Source of the DNA: the human T2T-CHM13v2.0 reference genome, Homo sapiens
Assembly (NCBI RefSeq): GCF_009914755.1
Contig: NC_060932.1
Reading direction: 5' to 3' (one strand)
Length of the DNA: 64,000 nucleotides
The position numbers and the translations under genes are program-made. The notes below the pieces were generated by a model, which saw only the letters and a list, made by a program, of their open reading frames with translations, had not been told where the DNA came from and ran no database searches. Of the stretch, positions 1 to 14,622 are shown piece by piece. Positions within the stretch are counted from its first letter, which is position 1; the number at the start of each line of letters is the position of its first letter.

Positions 1-149
1 CAGAGAACTAGAAGCTTTCATGGTACCCCAGTGGTGGTGGATATATGACCCAGCAGGTGTGGCAGACAGCAATCTTAATGTCCAAAAAGCAGTCATGGAA
101 CTGTCACTGAAAAGACTTCAATGACGATATCTATCAACAGTGGTGCTTT

Positions 150-2230
150 GCATGTTGATATACAATTTGCCTAGCATCATTTGGGAAAAAACTATCCTTT
201 CTCCTTCAGGTTACCTTTGCACCTTTGTAAAAAAATCAGTTGAAAATAAATGTGTTGGTCAATTTTGGGGCTGTTTGTTCTGCTTCATTGATCTATTTGT
301 CTATCTTGATACCAGTACTATACTTTCTTTTTTTTTATTACTGTAGCTTTATTATGCTATCATAAATGGGATTGTTTGCTTGATTTCTTTTTTGGATAGG
401 TTGTTAGTAGTGTATTAAAATACTGTTGATTTTTGTATATTGATTTTATATCCTGCAACTTTACTGAATTTATTATTTCTAACAGTTTTTTGGTTGAGTC
501 TTTAGGATTTTTTATATATAAGATTATGTCATCTGTAAACAGATACAATTTAACTTCTCTCTGATTCGGACACCTTTTCTTTCTTTCCCTTACCTAATTT
601 CTCTGGCGAGAACTTCTAGGACTATGTTCAATAGAAGTTGTGAGAGTAAGCATCCTCATCTTTTTCCTGATCTTGGAGGAAAAGCTTTCACCTTTTCACC
701 ATTGAATATGATATTAATTTTGGACTTGTCATAGATTGCCTTTAATGTGTTGAGGTACATTTCTTCTATGTTTAATTTGTTGAGAGCTTTTATCATGAAA
801 GGATATTGTACGTGGTCAAATGATTTTTCTGCATCTATTGAGATGATCATATGGCATTTATCCTCCATTTTAGTAATGTGATTTATCACATTTATTGATT
901 TGTATATGTGGAACCATAGTTATATCCCAGAGATAAATCTCTCTTGATCATGGTAAATAATCTTTTTAAAGTGCTGTTGAGTCAACTTGCCAATATTTCA
1001 TTGAAAACTTTTGCATCTATATTCATCAGAGATGTTTGCCTATAATTTTCTTTTCTTATAGTGTTCTTATCTGGCTTTTGTATCAGGGTAATGCTGGCCT
1101 TGTAAAATTAGTCTGAAATCTGAAAGTATTCCTTCTTCTTCAGTTTTCTTGAAAGAGTTTGAGAAGGATTGGTATTAGTTATTCTTTTTTTTTTTTTTTT
1201 TTTTCAAGATGGAGTTTCACTCTGTTGCCCAGCCTGGGGTGCAATGGCATGATCTTGGCAACCTCCACCTCCCGGGTTAAAGTGATTCTCCTGCCTCAGC
1301 CTCCCAAGTAGCTGGGATTACAGACATGTGCCACCATGCCTGGCTAATTCTGTATTTTTAGTAGAGACAAGGTTTCACCATGATGGTAAGACTGGTCACG
1401 AACTCCTGACCTCAGGTAATCCACCGGCCTCGGCCTCCCAAAGTCCTGGGATTACTGACATGAACCTCCATGCCCAGCTGGTATTAGTCATTCTTTAAAT
1501 GTTTTGTAGAATTCAGCCATGAAACCGTCTGGTCCTGGGCTCATCTGTGATGGGAAATTTTATATAACTGATTAAATCTCCTTACTCATGATTGATCTAT
1601 TCAGATTTTCTATTTCTTTATGATTTAGTCTTGGTAAGTTGAATGTCTCTGGGAATTTAACAATTTATTCTAGGCTATCCAGTCTTTTGACTTATAATTG
1701 TTCACAGTAGTTTCTTATGATCTTTTGTTTTTCTGCAGTATCAGTTGTAATGTCCCTCTTTCACTTCTAATTTTAGTTACTTGAGTTCTCTCTTTTTTAG
1801 TTAGCCTAGCTAAAGATTTATCCATTTTGTTTCTCTTTTCAAAAAACCAACTATTAGTTAAATTGATCTATTTTTTTCTAGTCTCTATTTTGTTTATTTC
1901 TGCTCTGATCTTTGTTATTTTCTTCCTTCTACTAACTTTGGGCTTAGCTGGCTTTTCTTTTTCTGGTTTCTTGAGGTAACCTTAGTCTGTTTATTTGAGA
2001 TCTTTCTTCTTTTTTTTAATAAGTCATTTATTGCTATAAATTTCCCCTCAAAACTGCTTTTGCTATATTCCATAAGTTCTGGTGTGTTTTGTTTCCATTC
2101 TTGTTTCTCTAAAGATATTTAAAATTTTTCCTTTTCATTTTTCTTTTGACCCATTGTTTGTTCAGGAGCATGTTGTTTAATTTTAGTTTCAATTTTTCCT
2201 ACATTTCTCCTGTTACTGATTTCTAGTTCC
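150..2230 (-). mobile_element. Degenerate LINE-1 ORF2 fragments (RT region), interrupted by an Alu
   Basis: ORFs 656..889 ([19 protein letters not shown]) and 360..548 (LFTDDIILY..PKDS) resemble L1 reverse transcriptase; T-rich plus strand. Confidence 0.9.
1188..1478 (-). mobile_element. AluS-type SINE inserted in L1
   Basis: Poly-T plus Alu consensus; TSD ggtattagt(t/c)attcttt at ~1171 and ~1480. Confidence 0.95.
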
Positions 2231-3780
2231 CCTTCATTTTTTAAACAAATTTTTATTAGGTATAGAATTCTAGGGTGATAGTTTTTATCTTTTAGGATTT
2301 TAAAGATTTTGCTTCACGTTCTTCTAGCTTTGTATTGTTTCCAATATGTAACCTCTGTCTTCTTTTTTTTGTTCCTCTATATTTAATGTGTCTTGTTCAT
2401 CTGGATGCTTTTAAGGTTTTTTTTTTCTTTATTACTGGTTAGATGCAATTTGATTATAATGTACCCTTGTATAGTTTTGTTCATGTTTCTTAAGCTTGGA
2501 ATTAGTTGAGCCTGGGGTTTGTGAGTTTATAGTTTTCATCAAATTAGAAAAGTTTTCCACTATTATTTCTTCACGTGTTTTTTTCTGCTTCTGTCCTTTC
2601 TTTGCTGGACTCCAGTGGCACATACATTGGGTTTCCTGAAATTGTCCCACAGCTCAATGATGCTCTATTTTTTTTCAGTGTTTTTTCTATTTGTGTTTCA
2701 TTTTGGATCATTTCTGTTGCTATACCTTCAAGTTTATTAATCTTGTCTTTTGCAATGTTCAGTTAGCTATTAATTTTATTCAATTGTTTGTCTTTGTGTT
2801 TTTTTATTTCAGACATTATAGTTTTCATTTCTAGATGATTGATTGGGGTCTTTAAAAATTTTGCATTGTCTTTATTGAATGTGCTCCATCTTTTCTCTGG
2901 CTCTTGAACAATGGAATACATTACAATAAGTGTTTTTGTGTTTTTCTCTACTAATTCTATATCTGTGTCATTTATGGGTCTGTTTCCATCGACTGGTTTT
3001 TCTCCTCATTATATTTTCCTGTTTATTTGCATGACTAGAAGTTTTAATTAAATGCCAGACATTGAAAATTGTACCTTGTAGGGTGGCTACACTTTTCTAT
3101 TCCTATAGATATTGAGATTTTTTTAGGCAGTTAAGTTACTTGGAAACAATATCATTTTAGGTTTGCTGTTAAACGTTATTAGGTGAGATCACAGTTGTGT
3201 TAAGTCTGAGGCTAATTCTGCCTCACTTTTTTGGAGCACCTACCCAACATTCTGTAAATTGTGATATTCTTCATTCTGGCTGGTAGGAACAGGAATTTTT
3301 TTTGGTGGGGGGGGCTCTGTTTGAATTCCAAGTGTTGCCCCTTATAATGCTTTCAAATGGTTCTTTTCCTATCCTTAGGTAGTTTCCTTACATATAAGCT
3401 GATCAGTACTCAGCTGAAAACTCAGGCACCCTCTGCAGATCTCCCAAGTTCTCTCTCTCCGCAGCTCACTCATCTCTGGTACTCTGTCCTGGGAACACGA
3501 GCCAGCTTATCTCTCTGGACTTCCAACTTTGTCTCAGGAAGTTTGATGGGCTCCCCTTCCATGCTCTGTAGCCTGGAAACTCTCTCTAGGCAGAAAGTTA
3601 CAGCAACTGTAGAAGTCATTTCATTTCTTTTTACTTCTCAGGAAACATATCTTTGTTGCTGATGTTCAATATCTTGAAAACCCTTATTTTATATATACTG
3701 CTGTTATTTCAGCTGGGTGAGTAAATCTAGTCCCTGTTATTCCATCTTGGTTAAAAACAGAAGTTTCTCAACTGTGGTGT
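2230..3780 (-). mobile_element. Old mammalian L1 (L1M) ORF1/5' region
   Basis: ORF 2432..2650 (EEIIVENFSNLMK) is ORF1-like; visibly homologous to 27780-29390. Confidence 0.7.
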
Positions 3781-4849
3781 TTTGAGACTTCAATCCTAAA
3801 ATATTAGTGATATTTGGAAATGAATGGGTGGAGGTAAGAGGTCAATCATGGGTTAATTTCCAAAGAAGAGGAAAAACTGCATGGATATGTACAAGGTTAG
3901 TCCAAATGGGAATATTTGAGTTATTTGTTTATTAGTGATGAGTCTTCTCTCTTTGGTGGTGGAAGTTCTATTGACTAAGAAGAGCATATTTTTCCTTATG
4001 GTCTCACTGTAGATGGGGCTATATAAAAGCAAAAATACCAGGGACGATCTGTCTTCCAAATCTAAATCTAGGGTAGTTTGGCATATACAGCATTGGGCCT
4101 TATTCTCTCTGGAGACTCTTGTGTGGGATAATTATTATTATTCATAATAGTAACAGCCATTACTTCTTGAGCACTTTCTATGTACAGGAATCCTTCTATG
4201 TTACACAAATTTATATAAGTATACAACAATCTCAATAGGTAGATACTTTATCATCAGTTTTTAAATAAGGGAACTGAAGTTCAGATAGATAAAATAACAC
4301 ACCACATGTCTCATAGCTACCAAAGTTACAGTTGGAATTTAAACCCAGATCAATATGACTTCAAAGCCAAAATGCTTATATAGTATGGCATGCTAAAGGA
4401 ACTCTATACAGCCACTTTAGAAGCTTCTTGAGAAGATCCTAAGGAATCAAGAATTCCATAGCATTTTTACATCTCCACACACATTTAGCAAAACATCCTA
4501 AGGAGGAAGGGATAGAGCTGGCATTAACCAATATTGGCCTGGATTGAATCAAACCTAGGGAAGAGAAACTAGGGGACTTGAATGGGGCTCTCACTCATCG
4601 TAGATGCTTTTGGAGTTCCAGGGCACTGTCCGAATTTTAACCTTTGAAATCTAAACCCAAGTTGAACAGAGATTGACAGGTCTTTCCGAGAAGAAATCTC
4701 ATGTTTGCCGAAAGCCTGGGGGAAGAGTTGGTCAAGACGTCATGTCGTTCCACTTTAGCAAAGTACTTTGAAGATAAAATCAAGAAAGTTGAATTCTTAT
4801 TATGTTGGGTAAGAGCTCTAAAGTTCTGTTGCTAAGGCCAGGAGTCAAT

Positions 4850-5050
4850 TGAATTTAATTCAACAAACATTTATTAAATGCCTTCTCTATGCCAGACACT
4901 GTTTTAGGGTGGAAAATCAAAGAAGAATAAGACACAGCCCCTACGCTAGAGGAAACCAAAGGTCTAGCTGGGAAAGTGGGTGCATAAACAAATAATTATG
5001 ATAGGATGGGATAAAAATGTACACAGACAACTCTGAGGGTTCAGAGGTGG
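4850..5050 (-). mobile_element. L2 3' fragment
   Basis: ttcaacaaacatttattaaatgccttctctatgccagacactg is the reverse complement of the L2 3' end. Confidence 0.65.
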
Positions 5051-5659
5051 GGCCAGGGAACCCCATCTGGGGTTGGGAATGTTACAACAGGATTCTGCAG
5101 CCTTGTGTGTTTGCTTCATGAGCAGCATTTAGAGTTTTAAGATTTTTAGTATTACACTAGACTTCCTAGGGCAAATAGCAGTCATGTCACTTTCCTTTTG
5201 TTTTTGGTGATTCCAAAGCCACCATGCTGGGAATATACTGAGAGGAGAAAGGAGAATTCAAAATAGAGTCAGGAGCTTGTTCTGCCTTCAGTGTGCTCTG
5301 TGATTTGAGTGTGCCACTGGGCCTTTTAATTATCAAAAGGTGTTGATCTTGTGAATACACATTGCTAAGTCACCTGTTGGATATTAATAGCAGAAGCCAA
5401 GAGTTTACCCAAGGGAGTGATGAGATCAGAATTCTATTATTAAAGGGTGACATTCTCTTGCTATGTTGAAATTAGACTACACTGTGATTATATCCTACAG
5501 TCCTAGAAAACAACAGCAACCAAGCTACATTCAACTGTTAAAAGTGTTATTCATAATACCTCTTATAGCAAGCTATACTTATTCCTTCCTTTAAATTAAG
5601 TTGCCTTTTTCTTATAAAAGTAGCATATGTTGATTAAGTGGAAGTACAGAGCCAATTAT

Positions 5660-6420
5660 TGTGTTAGTTTCCTATTGCTGCTATAACAAATTAACACAAA
5701 TTTAATGGCTTTAAATAACACAAGTTTATTCTTCTGGAGATCAGAATTCTGAATTGACTTTCCCAGGCTGAAGTCAAGGTGTGGGCAGGGCTCATTCCTT
5801 TTAGAGGCCCTAGGGAAAACCTGTTTCCTTGCCTTTTTGTTGCTGGGGGCTACCCACATTTCTTTGTAACCTCCTTCCCTCATCTTCAATTTTGCTTCTG
5901 GCATCATATCCCCTTTTCCTCTAACTCTGCCTTCTCCTGAGTTTTCTTTTTTTTGTTTGTTTTTTGAGACGGAGTCTTGCTCTGTCGCCCAGGCTAGAGT
6001 GCAGTGGCGCAGTCTCGGCTCACTGCAAGCTCCACCTCCCGGGTTCAGCCATTCTCCTGCCTCAGCCTCCCGAGCAGCTGGGACTACAGGTGCCTGCCAC
6101 CATGCCTGGCTAATTTTTCTTGTATTTTTAGTAGAAACGGGGTTTCACTGTGTTAGCCAGGATGGTCTTGATCTCCTGACCTCATGATCCGCCCGCCTCA
6201 GCCTCCCAAAATGCTGGGATTACAGGCTTGAGCCTTCTCCTGAGTTATTATAAAGACCAGTCTGATCATATTGGGCCAACCCAGGTAATCCAGGATAATC
6301 TCTCCATCTCAACGTCCTTAATTTAATGACATCAGCAAAGTCTCTTTTGCCATATAAAATAAAATTCATATGTTCAAGGGATTAGGATATGGAGATATTG
6401 GAGGGGGTTATTCAGTCGAC
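5660..6420 (-). mobile_element. MLT1-type MaLR LTR, split by an AluY
   Basis: tgtgttagtttcctattgctgctataacaaa terminus; ccaggtaatccaggataatctc motif. Confidence 0.8.
5944..6231 (-). mobile_element. AluY-like element, slightly 5'-truncated
   Basis: Diagnostic gcaagctcc and gtgttagccaggatggtc; perfect TSD gccttctcctgagtt (5929-5943 and 6232-6246). Confidence 0.93.
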
Positions 6421-7009
6421 CTTAACTACTGTCTATGTTTTGGAGCATTTACTTAATATTCTTCTCGAATTTATATAATTCAGATTATTCTGTATAGATA
6501 CATTGATGTTATGCCTTTGTCATTTACCCTTGTATTATTTGTCCATCCGAATAAGTTTTTTGAAATAATACTTTTTGACAGCTGTATAATTCTTCTGTAG
6601 GGATATATGATAATTTATGAAGTCATTGCATCACAATTTGGATGCAATCGTTGGAGCAATCATGGTTCTAAGAGATAGAGTCCAATTCAACCTGCTTAAG
6701 CAAAGCAAGGAAGTTATTGGCTCTGGCAATCCAATGCACTGTTAACAACCAGACTCCATGGGATTCAGCAGGGCTTCAGGGGCCACTGCAACCATGGATT
6801 CTAATAGTGCCAGGACAAACTTCATCTTCATGTCCTTTTCATGCCCTCTCACATGTTATGATCTCATCCACTAGAGAGGCACTAGCTGACCACAAGCCCT
6901 TTGTTTAACTAAGTCAATCCAAGCCCCTTAAAAAAAAAAGAAAGAAAGAAAAACCCCAGTTTCTTTCATCATGGCCTGAATCTAATCTCAGGGAGTTCAA
7001 TTGCAGGTC

Positions 7010-7165
7010 TTGGTGAGCTGGGTCCTTGTCCCTATCAGCAATGCCTGGCAGCTTGTTAGAAATGCGGAACTCAGGCTCCACTCAGGACATAGTGAATCAC
7101 AGCCTGCATCGTAACAATATCCCAGGCAGCTTGAATGCCCATGGATGTTTGTGAAGCACCGTTCT
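7010..7165. mobile_element. MER5-like hAT-Charlie MITE
   Basis: gcttgttagaaatgc...ctcaggc...gaatc...tttgtgaagcac. Confidence 0.55.
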
Positions 7166-7463
7166 AGTAATTGCCTTAGTTCTGTCTTTAGATTTTTGTG
7201 GATGTGGACAAAGCCTGTGTTGACTGACCAGCAATCAAGGTTTATAGTTGTAGGAGAGGAACAGGTAAGGGCGGTTTAGCAAGACAGAGCAAAAACAAAT
7301 AGTTTCACAGATTTTTGAGAACCATACTCATAAAAATGATCATTGCCTCTGCACAGCAGTTTCTTGCACCATGAGGCAGCTAAATCTGAATAGCCAAGAC
7401 CTGCAGCTGTGTCATCTGTAAGTTGTCTGAAGCACCTCAGGAAAATATGGTCTTGCCAAGTAA

Positions 7464-8056
<593 letters not shown>

Positions 8057-8391
8057 TAGAGGAAACACTAAGCAAATTTGCAGAAGAATGATTTTAAAAT
8101 ATTCTTCAGATAAAATAATTGGTAACATGTATATGACTAGGAAATACGGACCTTGGTATCAGATATGTCTTACTGTCACAGAGTAAAAAAGGGCATAGAT
8201 TCCTCTATATCTGGGTTCTGTGGTGCTAGAGAAGGATTTAAGGAACAGCGACAGTCACTCTGACATATTAACAAAACGTTTTCCAATGGCTTTTCTTGTA
8301 AAACAAATATAAGTCTCATTACCAGAAGTAGAAATAACATTAGAGGTACAATGATATGTTTCAGAGAATGGAAATCATCGCATTTTCCTTC

Positions 8392-8760
8392 TGATATGGC
8401 TTGGCTCTTTGTCCTCACCTAAATCTCATCTCTAATTGTAATCCCCACGTGTTGAGGGAGGGACCTGGTAGGAGGTGATTAGATCATGGGGGCGGTTTCC
8501 CTCATGCTGTTCTCATGATAGTGACTGAGTTCTCACGAGATCTGATGGTTTAAAAGTGTTTGGCAGTTCACCTCATTGCTCGCTGTCTTGCCTCCACGTG
8601 AAGAAGGTCCTTACTTCCCCTTTGCCTTCTGCCACAATTGTAAGTTTCCTGAGGCCTCTCCAGCCAAGCAGAACTGTGAGTCAATTAAACCTTTTTCTTT
8701 CTACCTAAATTATCCAGTCTCAGGCAGTTCTTTATAGCAGTGTGAAAATGGACGACTACA
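8392..8760 (+). mobile_element. MSTA-like MaLR solo LTR
   Basis: TG...CA termini; perfect 5-bp TSD CCTTC (8387-8391 and 8761-8765). Confidence 0.92.
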
Positions 8761-8779
8761 CCTTCTAATACACCAGATA

Positions 8780-9060
8780 GGAGGTAGAGCTCTAGGGATC
8801 TTTTGGACCATAGGTGGAAGGGAAGTGCGGTATGGGGAGCAATGTTGGGGGTATTTATAAAAGGGCAACATGAGGGATCTTTGTGTGGATGGGATGGAAA
8901 TGTTCTGTATCTTGACTGTACTAATACAAATGACCTAGTTGTGATATTGTACTATATGGTATGTTACTACTGGAAGAAACTGCATAAAGGGTGCCTGGAG
9001 TATTATTTCTCACAATTGCATGTGAATCTACAATAATCTCAAAGTAAATTGTTTAATTAA
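8780..9060 (+). mobile_element. Ancient L1ME-like 3' end fragment
   Basis: gatggaaatgttctgtatcttgactgt...tgcatgtgaatctacaataatctcaaa. Confidence 0.6.
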
Positions 9061-9224
9061 AGCATTGCGCTGAAGTAGTATCTATCTTAATTACTGAGGG
9101 TTTTTTTTTTTTTTTTTGCAGCTTCTTAAATTTTTCTCCCATGGCTAGTTCCTCTCCTGCCTCCTCTCAATTTCATCTCTACTCAGGCTGAGTGCCTCGT
9201 TCTAGCAAATAAATATGGGGCAAA

Positions 9225-9380
9225 TAAGGTATCCTCCCTAGCCTCAAATTCCTCATCTGCAAAATGGGAATGACGGGAGTTCTCACTTCCTAGGGTTTTT
9301 GTCAAGATTAAATGAGATAACGCATGTAAAATAATTAGTCCAGGGCCTGGTATATAGTAAATTCTAGTTAAATGTTAGTT
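9225..9380 (+). mobile_element. MIR SINE
   Basis: MIR core gcctcaaattcctcatctgcaaaatgggaatga...gattaaatgagataa. Confidence 0.75.
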
Positions 9381-9535
9381 ATATAACCATATCGGAACAC
9401 GGTAATCAGAGTGTCTATGTAAAAATGTGCACACATGGTTACAGGGGATGGGATTAGAAGGAGCGTTCATTTTGTTTAATGACTCTACTTCCAGGTGACA
9501 GGGCCCGTGTGGGTCCTAAAAATGCTGTGTCCTCT

Positions 9536-10214
9536 CGGGGCAGGCTTCATGGGTGTGTGGCTTGTGCAGGCTTACAGGGTCACATGCTGGGTTTTATGTT
9601 CTGCTATGTATTAGGGATTAATACGACGTGTGTATATATGGAAGGGAGTTTGTTAAGGAGAATTGACTCACACAATCACAAGGTGAAGTCCCACGATAGG
9701 CTCTCTGCAAGCTGGGGAGCAAGGAAGCCAGTAGGGGCTTAGTCTGAGTTCAAAAGCCTTGAAATCGAGGAAGCTGACATTACAGCCTTCAGTCTGTGGC
9801 TGAAGGCCAGAGAACCCCTGGCAAACCACTGGTGTAAGTCTAAGACTCCTGCCCTGGTGTCTGATGTTAAGGGCAGGAAGCATCCAGCATGGGAGAAAGA
9901 TAAAGGCCAGAAGACTCACAAGCCAGCTTATTCCACCTTCTTCCACCTGCCTTTTCTAGCAGCGCTAGTAGCCGATTGGATGGTGCCCACCCACATTGAG
10001 GGTGGGTCTTTCTCTCCCAGTCCACTGACTCAAATGTTAATCTCCTCTGGCAACACCCTCACAGACACACCTAAAAACAATACTTTGCATCCTTCAATCC
10101 GATCAAGTTGACAATATTAACCATCACATGCCGTCACCACTTTTCAACAAGAGGCCACACATTTTTTTTCTTTTTTCTTTTTGGTGCTGGCCCACAATTA
10201 TGTAGCTGGTCCTG
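9536..10214 (+). mobile_element. MER45-like hAT-Tip100 element split by an MLT2 LTR
   Basis: Ends ggcaggcttcatggg and attatgtagctggtcctg flank the LTR. Confidence 0.6.
9607..10128 (-). mobile_element. MLT2A-like ERVL solo LTR
   Basis: tgtattag...gacaatattaaccatcaca termini; gattggatggtgcccacccacattgagggtgggtct motif. Confidence 0.85.
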
Positions 10215-11225
10215 TCTCCCCTTAATCAAAGTCAGTGTTTCCCCAGAGAGGGCAAGACTGATAGTCACTAGCTCCTCTTCAGAGTAGAGGACAATGGGAC
10301 TTCTCCCCAGTATCCCAGCAGCCAGGGCTGTTAGTTCAACTCAATTAGAGGGAGTTCTGCTCGCAGAGCTGTTCTACCATAGCCCCTTCTTTTTGTGCAC
10401 CTCCTCATTCATTCGAAGAGTCTCCTCAGATCCCACCACAATAACTACTCTCACATGAAAACTTTGTTGGCCTGTGAGTATATGGGTGGAGGGTTTTCCC
10501 TCCAACTTTGTGGGTTTGGGTGCTTTTGCTTGATCGTTTCTCATTAGACAGAAAAGATTTTGTGGACAGGATTAGAGCTCTGCTCAGCCACAGTTTAAAA
10601 AAAAAAAGTTGGTCTTGAAGAAACAGGAGGCTTAAGACAAAACACACATAAAATCACTAACCTTTCACTTTAATGGTCTTTCCAAATTGTCAAAACCACT
10701 GTGGTCTGTCTTGCTCACAAGAGGCATTCTTGGGGTTTACAGACACTGAGTTGAGAAGGAATTTCTCTGTTGGATGGCTGAGGATGCAGCCAGTAAAATG
10801 ATCCTGTGGAGCAATATTGCCCTTGGAGCAGACAAGTTTGAGTCCTGTTTGTCCAGGTGCAATGCTTGTGTGCAAATCTGTCCACTCAGCCACTCTGCCA
10901 TAAGGGTCTGTCAAGACAGTCAGGTGAGTCCTGGGCTGGCCGGTTTAGCCCTGGGGAGGCTGCACCTTGCACGGAGCTGGCGGGAGCCAAGAAGGGGGCC
11001 TGGCTCCTCTTTGTGAAATGATGTGTCTGGAATAACAAAGGGAAGAAATCACAATGAAGGGAACCCACAGCATATGAGTTCCTACCAAGCTGAGAAGTGA
11101 TGAAAGTGAAAAGAAAACTTAAGCTGGAGTTCAAACTGTGGCTAGGGTTATGACAGTTAATAAATCAGTGAGTCTGGAAAATGTTGTCTCAACAATAAAA
11201 TTAGGAAGTTGCAATACTGTCATTA

Positions 11226-11534
<309 letters not shown>

Positions 11535-12374
11535 TAGCGTTATTAAAAAACAGTAATAATTAATTTGTGTGTGTCTCCTCTCTGCAGATGTCTTTAATTT
11601 ATTCATCAGTAAGGCTTGCCTTCTCCAGGAGAGAATGTGGTATATTAAAATGGTAAATAAAAGGGGTTCTGTCATTTGCTCACTGAGTAGATTATTTAAG
11701 ATCTCTGAGCCTCAGTTTATCCATCTATAAATTGGATTTAGTAATAACTGTATCTATAGGTGGTAGTTTTCAAATATTTTAGCAGCAAGCTAAGAAATAT
11801 CTAATATTACAATGTAATATGCTAGATACATACAACCACACTTATATAACTGAAACAAAGCTTTTATAAAGTAGTGTGTCCCATAGCTGAATTTGATGCA
11901 CTTATATTTTTTAATGCTTCTTTTTCCATCACATTTTATTTAGAAATACTGGTTGTGACCCATTAAAGTGGTTTCATAACTTAATATTTCAAAAATGCTA
12001 TGGTAGATTAATCTGCCCATTAAAAAAGATATTATACATAAAGTGCTTAGCTCACAAAAAAAGGCCAATAAATATGAACTTCCTTCTTCCTCCTTTGGGA
12101 GCCAAACTTACAGCTACAATTTGTACTTTGGGTTTCTGTGACATTTACATGTGTGATGCTTATAAATTTTCATAATATAGTAAACTAAAGATATTATTTT
12201 GGGCTTCTCAGTATCAGTGTTAAATCGATCAGAGCTGATGACAAGCAGTTAGAAACTTTTGACTATTCACCAAGAAACTTATATGATCCTGGGTCATATT
12301 CAATCTACAATACACCAACAATCCAAGAAGTAAACATTTGCAAAGGATTACTACATATGAATTGTTAAAAACTG

Positions 12375-12645
12375 CACCAGGTGCAGTGGCTCACACCTAC
12401 GAGGCCGAGGTGGGAGGATTGTTTGAGGCAAGAAGTTCGAGACCAGCCTAGACAACATAGGAAGACCCCATCTCTACAAAAAAGTTTTTAAAAATTAACC
12501 AGGCATGGTGGCACCTGCCTGGAGGCCCAGCTACTGAGGCAGAAGGATCACTTGATCCCTGGAGATTGAGGCTGCAATGAGCTATGATCATGCCACTGCT
12601 CTCCAGCCTGGGCAACAGCAAGACCCTATCTCAAAAATAAATACA
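12375..12645 (+). mobile_element. AluJ-like element with internal deletions
   Basis: Degenerate dimeric Alu. Confidence 0.88.
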
Positions 12646-13145
12646 TTAATGAATGAAAATTGCATGTATGTTCTCAACCCTGGCTGCAGATTAGAATAAC
12701 TTGGGGGAACTTTTAAAATATGATCAATGCCTATCCATTCTCCAGAGATTCTGATCCAAATGGTCTGGATATAGCCTGAACATCAATCAGTATTGTATTA
12801 TCTAAAAGAGACTCAGGTTAACCCAGCATATAGTCACATGCTGGACTGGTTGAGGAACATCGGGTTACTCAGTGCTGAGATTAAGAAGCTGATATGATAA
12901 CTAAAACTAGATATAATAATATAGTGAGAAATTTTCACCATTCCCAGAACCTCCTGTGCCCATCAAACGTTGTACCGAAACAATTTCTGCTGAAAATCAG
13001 TTCTGGCAAGTTGTTTGAATCATTGTACGTATTCACGAGTTAGAAAAAGAAATTGCCTAGGAAATATTCTCAATGCAAACTTCTTGCTAATTCTGACTGG
13101 CTTGTTTTCTGAGTTAGTGTGAACTGTGAGATCTAACTGCTCATT

Positions 13146-13253
13146 ATCCTGTCTTCACGGGTAGCCTCGGGAGGGTAGAGACAGTCCTGCTGTCTCAAAA
13201 TCCTGTCTTCACAGGTGGTTTCAGGAAAGTAGAGACAGTCCTGCTGTCTCAAA
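13146..13253. repeat. Tandem duplication, 2 x 54 bp
   Basis: 13146-13199 versus 13200-13253; 7 mismatches. Confidence 0.95.
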
Positions 13254-13479
13254 CCTGGTAACAATGGCAGCTAATAATAAGTCACTTCCCCCTCTTTGTC
13301 TCCATCACTTTGGTTCAGTCCTCTGCTGTCACACCCTGCAGATTATATTGTACTCAATCTCTTTCCAATCTTTCTTCACTCATAGGCTGTGAGTCTTCAG
13401 GGCACTCACCATGTTTTAGACACCTTTGTGTTTCCAAGACTTAGTACAGGGCCCAAGTTGTTGCAGAGGCTTAAACATG

Positions 13480-13622
13480 TTTTATTTTATTTTATTTTTT
13501 GTAAAGAGATGAGTTCTTGCTATGTTGCCCAGGCTGAACTCAAACTCCTGGGCTTAAACCATCTTCTCGCCTTAGCATACCAAATAACTGGGACTACAGG
13601 TGCATGCCACTGCACCCAGCTT
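13480..13622 (-). mobile_element. FLAM/Alu monomer inside an L2 3' end
   Basis: Monomeric Alu; L2 tail aaattttattgaatgaataaatgaa resumes after it. Confidence 0.8.
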
Positions 13623-14324
13623 GCTCAACAAATTTTATTGAATGAATAAATGAAGGATTTTGGTGCTCAGAGCAGGTCCCTGGCTCTCTGGGAGGACAGA
13701 ACTGAAGTTGCCTTTTACCGTGTCTTTTGATCTGTTTCTTCTACTACTCAGCCCTTTTGCTGGAAGGATGGGTTTTCTTTATCATGTCAAAAAGAAGTGG
13801 GTTTTTTGATCAATATTAAGACACCATAAAGAATAAAACCCTCTGCCGCAGAGTCCCTCAGATTTCATGGTGGATTTCTAGTTCCTGGGCAGCAGTGGCA
13901 CTGCCAGCTGCCTCCTGGTTTGGAAGCCAACACCACACTGCAGGGAAACCAAATCTCCTGAGAACCTAAAATCCTTCAAAGGCAGTGCTCCCAGGCTGGA
14001 GCTGGCATTGCTATTCCAGGCTTGGGGTTCTGGCCATTGACAGTGATTATGATTTAATACACCACATTGGTGAAGTAGCAATTCAGGAAATATTGTTTTT
14101 AAAATCAACCACGAAACTTGGTTGATTTGTCTTGGAAGTTGAAATCCCACATTTTAAGGATGGATGAGTCTGGGTGGTCCTGGTAGGAAAGCAAAGGAGA
14201 GAAAAACATTACAAACACGAAATGCGTATGTTTGATTTCTCTGCTTCCCACTTCCAGGAACATTTTAACCCTTAGTAGCTTTTTACTTCTAATACAAACT
14301 TTAGTTTCTTTCATTTTAATTTGA

Positions 14325-14622
14325 TTTTTTTTTTTTTTTAATGACAGGATCTTGCTCTGTCGCTTAGGCTGCAGTGCAGTGGTGTGATTATGGCTCACTG
14401 CAGCCTTGATTTTCCAGGTTCAAGCAATCCTCTCACCTCAGCCTCCCGAGTAGGTGGGACCACAGGGGCGTGCCACCACACCCAGCTAATTTTTGTATTG
14501 TTTATACAAATGGGATTTTGCCATGTTGCCCAGGCTGGTCTTGAATGCCTGAGTTCCAGTGATCTGCCTGTCTTGGCCTCCCAGAGTGTTGGGATTACAG
14601 GCATGACCCATTGCACCTGGCC
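14325..14622 (-). mobile_element. AluJ
   Basis: Full dimer with J-type diagnostics. Confidence 0.93.

Noticed and set aside
360-889. Reverse-transcriptase-like ORFs as a functional RT or retron-like system
   Set aside because: They are frameshifted, stop-riddled fragments of an old LINE-1 ORF2.
13146-13253. Hairpin-containing direct repeats as a CRISPR array
   Set aside because: Only two units, the 'spacers' are homologous to each other, the DNA is primate, and there are no cas genes.
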